Below, one piece after another: positions 28,513 through 33,110 of a stretch of DNA of 33,110 nt. Source of the DNA: Thraustochytrium aureum. Lineage: Eukaryota. The notes below the pieces were generated by a model. It saw only the letters and a list, made by a program, of their open reading frames with translations. It was not told the origin of the DNA and ran no database searches. Each line of letters begins with the position of its first letter. The first letter of the stretch is position 1. The DNA lies in the NCBI GenBank assembly GCA_012862495.1, contig BLSG01000391.1, positions 136,685 to 169,794 of the forward strand, written 5' to 3'. The position numbers and the translations under genes are program-made.

Positions 28513-29134
28513 NNNNNNNNNNNNNNNNNNNNNNNNNNNNNNNNNNNNNNNNNNNNNNNNNNNNNNNNNNNNNNNNNNNNNNNNNNNNNNNNNNNNNNNN
28601 NNNNNNNNNNNNNNNNNNNNNNNNNNNNNNNNNNNNNNNNNNNNNNNNNNNNNNNNNNNNNNNNNNNNNNNNNNNNNNNNNNNNNNNNNNNNNNNNNNNN
28701 NNNNNNNNNNNNNNNNNNNNNNNNNNNNNNNNNNNNNNNNNNNNNNNNNNNNNNNNNNNNNNNNNNNNNNNNNNNNNNNNNNNNNNNNNNNNNNNNNNNN
28801 NNNNNNNNNNNNNNNNNNNNNNNNNNNNNNNNNNNNNNNNNNNNNNNNNNNNNNNNNNNNNNNNNNNNNNNNNNNNNNNNNNNNNNNNNNNNNNNNNNNN
28901 NNNNNNNNNNNNNNNNNNNNNNNNNNNNNNNNNNNNNNNNNNNNNNNNNNNNNNNNNNNNNNNNNNNNNNNNNNNNNNNNNNNNNNNNNNNNNNNNNNNN
29001 NNNNNNNNNNNNNNNNNNNNNNNNNNNNNNNNNNNNNNNNNNNNNNNNNNNNNNNNNNNNNNNNNNNNNNNNNNNNNNNNNNNNNNNNNNNNNNNNNNNN
29101 NNNNNNNNNNNNNNNNNNNNNNNNNNNNNNNNNN
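28513..29134. other. Assembly gap (N run) expected to contain the DHHC gene 5' end and the divergent promoter region
   Basis: Run of N between two divergently oriented genes. Confidence 1.
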
Positions 29135-29170
29135 GTGTGCGTGGCGCGGACGCGCGCGGCAGCAGCGCGG

Positions 29171-31453
29171 ATGGAGCGCGATGCGGATCGCGTCACGCTC
29201 AGGGTGGTCAAGGCGTGCCTGCGCAGGCTTGAGGCCGGCGAGTTGTGCCCGAGCCTGCTGGCGCCGGAGGTCGCTGTGACGGAGCTTTGCCACGCGCGGA
29301 ACGAGATACGCAACGTTCTGGGCGGCGCGAGTGAGGAGGGCAAGGTGGGCGATGACGCCGCGATGCCGGAGGATGCTGATGAAGCGTTCATCGCGGGGGT
29401 GCTCTGGCTTGAGCTCAGGCGCCGCGAAGAGCCAGTATTCCCGTTTCACATGTTCGATCGGATGCGCAACCTAGTGCTGGAGCTCGCTCCGCTGCAGAGC
29501 GACGACGCGGCGCTGAGCGACACGTACGTGGAGGCCGTGTCGCGCGCGCTGCGCCTGGGCCACCTGCGGGCGATCGTCGACGAGCTCCCGCCCACAAATC
29601 GGCAGATTATCTTCCTGCTCTTTGACTTTGTCGTCAAGCTCATCAGCCAGTTCCAAACGCTCACACCTCTCGGCGTCTCCAACATGTTGGCGCCAATCCT
29701 CGCCCGCCCCGCTGGAACAGCGCACATGTCCATTCGGCACCGCCGGGGCCTTATGCTGGTCCGGCTCGTCCTCCAAGGCATGCTCAGACACTTTGCAGAC
29801 CTGCGAACTGACTTGCAGTCGGTGGCAGCACCAAAACAACCTGCGCAGTCTCGGGGCGAAAGCAAAGCGCCCTCAATGAAGCTATTCTCACCACACAAGC
29901 AGTCCAGACGCGAAGAGGGCGACGTGCCGGCCCGCAGCAGGTCGCGCGCCGCAGATGCCAGGCGCTGGGCAGGAACAGAAGACGCCTCACTCTCGCCGCC
30001 TCGAAGCCCTGCAAGCGCTCGCAAGTCCGTCCATGCCAGTAAGCTCAGTGCTACAGAAATCCAGAATCGGTGCTCGACGGCGCAGTCCCCGCCGGGCGCG
30101 CGAAAGCGCGGTCTCAAGGCCCTGTCGGTCCTGACTGTTGATGACGGCCCCGCGGCTCGGTCCGGTCAGGCCACGCACATGGAGGCTGTCACGCAGCTGA
30201 TCCAAATCGCCGTTTCCAGCGCTTGCCGAGGCAACACCACGTGGCTCAGTTTTGCAAGGCAGTCGGTCCTCCAACAGCAAGACGACCCAGAACCAACCGC
30301 GCCATCTCAGCACGCGACACCCAAGGCGCCTCCCCGACTCTCCCCCCGACTCTCCCCGCGCGTAGAGAATGCAAAGGGGGTGTCGGCAAGGCAAGGCAGC
30401 CGAAAAACGGCCTTCTCGCGCCCCTCCGCAGAAGCAAGCGACGCGAGAGAAGAGGCTCTCGACGGCTCGCGCTCGGTGACTCGAACGCGCTCTGACGGCG
30501 AGCTTTTGAGCTCCAATAAGAGCACCAGCAACCAGGGGGTCGGCGACGCAACCGACGGCAGCTCTGCAGATATGCGCAGGGGCGAAGACGCGGGAGACGA
30601 GGCCTCGGGCGGCGCCTCAAGCCCCGGAGGCGGCAAGTTTGTTCAGAAGCGGCTCGACCAGGTTATGAAAATCCACTGTGGCTCCTGCACGAGCATGAGC
30701 TCCCTCAGCAACCAGGAGGACGAGACCACGGACGACGAAGCAAGCAAAGAAACAGAAACAGTGGCGCGCTCTGACACCGCGGCACCAGCGAGTCGCGGCA
30801 GCACGGCAGTTGACGCCGCCATGGGCCAGCCTTCCGCGCTCCAGCTCTTGGAGGCGCAGAAAAAGCAACTCAAGCGGCGGCTGAAACAGTTTGACGATGA
30901 GTTCGAGCGCATGCACGGACGCAGACCAACACGCCTGGAGAAGGAGCCCATCCGCGGGCTGTACGAGCAGTACAACCTCATCAAACGGCGGATCACGCTG
31001 TCTCGCAACGCCGCTTTCGCGTCTCAGCCCCTCTCTGGCGCCGCCAACAACTCTTCGCGAGCGACCAGTTCCAGTGACAACACCGGCGGGCCAGCAGAGC
31101 CTGCAATCCTCAGCAAGGGGGGCGGAGAGATGCACCATGCGCGCGGGGTGCCCGAGAACGCCCAGTCGATTGAGGCGCTTGTGCAAGAGAAGCGCGCCTT
31201 GCAAACCAAGCTGCGGGATTTTGAGCGGGGCTTTGAAGAGGAGAACCAGCGCAAGATCATGTTTGCCGCAGACATCGCGGGCTTGGAGGGCGACTATCGC
31301 CGCTACAAGGAGCTCAAGGCAACATTGCTTTCGTTCAGCGTCGACTCGCCGCGCGGCGGGTCCCCTGGCGGCTCGCCCAACCTCGCCGCCCTGAGCAGGT
31401 CTGCTTCACGCAGCAACAGGCATGGCTTGTCCAAGCCGCTCGTCGCGAGCTAA
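29171..31453 (+). CDS. FAM13-like: FAM13-like protein: N-terminal RhoGAP-fold domain and two C-terminal FAM13 coiled-coil repeats
   Basis: RhoGAP-like IAGVLWLELRRREEPVFP...ELPPTNRQII..LFDF...LGVSNMLAPILARP. FAM13 C-terminal repeats KKQLKRRLKQFDDEFERMHGRRPTRLEKEPIRGLYEQYNLIK and EKRALQTKLRDFERGFEEENQRKI...DYRRYKELK. The start may lie within the gap. Confidence 0.8.
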   Translation: MERDADRVTLRVVKACLRRLEAGELCPSLLAPEVAVTELCHARNEIRNVLGGASEEGKVGDDAAMPEDADEAFIAGVLWLELRRREEPVFPFHMFDRMRNLVLELAPLQSDDAALSDTYVEAVSRALRLGHLRAIVDELPPTNRQIIFLLFDFVVKLISQFQTLTPLGVSNMLAPILARPAGTAHMSIRHRRGLMLVRLVLQGMLRHFADLRTDLQSVAAPKQPAQSRGESKAPSMKLFSPHKQSRREEGDVPARSRSRAADARRWAGTEDASLSPPRSPASARKSVHASKLSATEIQNRCSTAQSPPGARKRGLKALSVLTVDDGPAARSGQATHMEAVTQLIQIAVSSACRGNTTWLSFARQSVLQQQDDPEPTAPSQHATPKAPPRLSPRLSPRVENAKGVSARQGSRKTAFSRPSAEASDAREEALDGSRSVTRTRSDGELLSSNKSTSNQGVGDATDGSSADMRRGEDAGDEASGGASSPGGGKFVQKRLDQVMKIHCGSCTSMSSLSNQEDETTDDEASKETETVARSDTAAPASRGSTAVDAAMGQPSALQLLEAQKKQLKRRLKQFDDEFERMHGRRPTRLEKEPIRGLYEQYNLIKRRITLSRNAAFASQPLSGAANNSSRATSSSDNTGGPAEPAILSKGGGEMHHARGVPENAQSIEALVQEKRALQTKLRDFERGFEEENQRKIMFAADIAGLEGDYRRYKELKATLLSFSVDSPRGGSPGGSPNLAALSRSASRSNRHGLSKPLVAS

Positions 31454-31562
31454 TGCGGCGGCTCGAGCGGGAGCGGCGCGCTATTTGCAATACATTTTCC
31501 AAAAACAGTAAAGGCAAAGGTTTTGGGATCCCAATCAGGTCGAGCTTTCAAGAAAACACTCG

Positions 31563-32837
31563 CTACTCGGGGAGCGTCTCCACGGCGGCGCTCTCGAGCC
31601 GGTTGATGTAGATGTACGCATCGGTGCCCCAGCCTTCGGTGGAGATGACCTTGAGGTCGCCGCCAAAATAACGCGCGAACACGCGCGCGATGGGCAAGCC
31701 ATAGCCCATCCCATAAAAGTTCTCGCGAAACGTCAAGAACGGGTTGGCGCTGTCCGGGTCCACGTTCACGCTGGAGCTCATGCGGTTCAGGCTCCGGTCC
31801 TTGTCGGTGGCGGTGGTGTACTCGTAGCTCCAGATCCGCCCCAAGTCGCTGCGCGGGATCCCTCCGCCTTCGTCGGAGACCTTGATTACCACGTCCTCCT
31901 TGCCGCCGGAGATGGCGACGAGGACCGGGGGCAGCCCGTGCGGCCCGAGGTGCTTGGAAGAGAGCGTCAGGCGCTTGCGCCGCTCCTCGCCTTTGGGGCC
32001 CTCGTGCTGCTCGACCACGGCGCGTACCGAGTTTTTGAGCAGCTCGAACAGCATGTGGTGCAAGTGCGACTCGACGTAGGTGAACTTGAAGTCGAGGTGC
32101 CCTTCGATCCGGATCTCGGGGCACACGCCGAATCGCCGCATGCACAGGTTGCGCGCCGCCTCGGCCGCCTCGTTCGCTGTCTCGGCGACGTTGAGCCCGC
32201 GCCGGATCTTGCTGTGCCCGGATATCTCGCAGTGTTGCCCAATCAGCATGCGGACCGAAAGCCGCGCAGTGAACAGGTCGTCGAGGCGCGCGTTCAGAAC
32301 AGACTCGGACTCGCGCCCGCCCCCACCGCCCCACTCGCGCATGCCGAGCGCGATTGCGGGCAACGTGGCGCCGTCCTCAAAGTAAAACTTGCGCATGACT
32401 GCAGTGAACGCCTCGTCCCGCTCAACCGTGTCGGGACGTGGGAGCGCGTGAAGCGACTGAAAGAAGTTGAAGTACATGGCGACCACGCGTTGCACCGAGC
32501 TCGTCTGGATCAGCCCTGCAGGCAGCTCGCGCATGTCCTCGTACCGCTTCGCCAAGCGCACCATCAGTTCTTCCCTGAGGTGAGGCGCGACCTGCAGCCT
32601 GTTCTTGTTCAGGTGCAGCATCTGCTGGATTGTCACGGGAGTAATAGGCCGCGACGCGTACCGCTCCAGCGCCTCTGCGCCAGCCTCGTGTCCCGCGGCA
32701 GGCGCGCGAGGCGCCGCAGGCCTCCCTTTCGGGTCGCTCATACTCAGCACAACCCCTCCGGCCCTGAACCGCCTGCTCGGCGCAGTCCTCGTCACGCGGC
32801 GCATCGCCGCGCCCCAGCTCGCTCCGCGCGCCATCAT
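31563..32837 (-). CDS. PDK: Mitochondrial pyruvate dehydrogenase kinase / branched-chain ketoacid dehydrogenase kinase family
   Basis: Arg-rich transit-peptide-like N-terminus; LREELMVRLAKR; RMLIGQH; N-box FELLKNSVRA; G1 SDEGGGIP; YTTA; G2 GMGYGLPIARVFARYFGGDL; EGWGTD. PDK cannot be distinguished from BCKDK by eye. Confidence 0.92.
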   Translation of the reverse strand: MMARGASWGAAMRRVTRTAPSRRFRAGGVVLSMSDPKGRPAAPRAPAAGHEAGAEALERYASRPITPVTIQQMLHLNKNRLQVAPHLREELMVRLAKRYEDMRELPAGLIQTSSVQRVVAMYFNFFQSLHALPRPDTVERDEAFTAVMRKFYFEDGATLPAIALGMREWGGGGGRESESVLNARLDDLFTARLSVRMLIGQHCEISGHSKIRRGLNVAETANEAAEAARNLCMRRFGVCPEIRIEGHLDFKFTYVESHLHHMLFELLKNSVRAVVEQHEGPKGEERRKRLTLSSKHLGPHGLPPVLVAISGGKEDVVIKVSDEGGGIPRSDLGRIWSYEYTTATDKDRSLNRMSSSVNVDPDSANPFLTFRENFYGMGYGLPIARVFARYFGGDLKVISTEGWGTDAYIYINRLESAAVETLPE

Positions 32838-33110
32838 GGCTGGCGCAGCCCAGCGCCAGTCCGTTGGCGGAGCGGGCAGCCAGGAGAGATTGAGCGGTCA
32901 GGCGGCCAGCAACAATCAAATCAACCCGATCCGCCACCCAACCGCGCAAGCAACCTGCACACCTGGCGCGCAGGCCCGCCAGCAGAGCGCAACAGCCGCG
33001 CAATCCGCGTATCCACGCACGCCGCCTGCCTTCTGCACCGCGTATCCCGCACGGCGATTTTCGCTGCCTGGACAAGCGAGTCTGCAGGGCGCCATGACGA
33101 CGATGACGGT

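Noticed and set aside
27608..31453. ORF-track entries 27608..29449 (-) and 27974..31453 (+) as long overlapping genes
   Set aside because: Artefacts of translating through the N gap. The real genes are divergent: DHHC left of the gap, FAM13-like right of it.

Overview
GC-rich, gene-dense, intron-poor eukaryotic genomic DNA with two assembly gaps (18662-18807, 28513-29134). The gene style suggests a stramenopile protist such as a thraustochytrid/labyrinthulomycete; this is inference. Eleven protein-coding genes are supported: (1) a 5'-truncated mosaic extracellular adhesin/lectin-like protein; (2) a protein with three Mind-bomb-type SH3 repeats, a ZZ-like finger and a TIR domain; (3) an IQ + split-PH protein; (4) a CEP164-like WW/coiled-coil protein with a very long acidic N-terminus; (5) a TAZ zinc-finger protein; (6) a secreted bacterial-type polysaccharide-deacetylase-like protein; (7) FAM136A; (8) meiotic MSH5; (9) a DHHC-family palmitoyltransferase with a DHFC motif; (10) a FAM13-like RhoGAP-fold protein; (11) a mitochondrial PDK/BCKDK kinase. 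The most notable items are the SH3-ZZ-TIR architecture retaining the TIR catalytic-position Glu, the likely horizontally acquired deacetylase module, and the DHFC enzyme. That enzyme has lost most zinc ligands, and its true C-terminus (...WENRYWSCC*) is encoded across two introns not visible in the ORF track. No rRNA, tRNA, CRISPR array or intact mobile element was recognised. All family assignments come from motif recognition by eye, not database searches.
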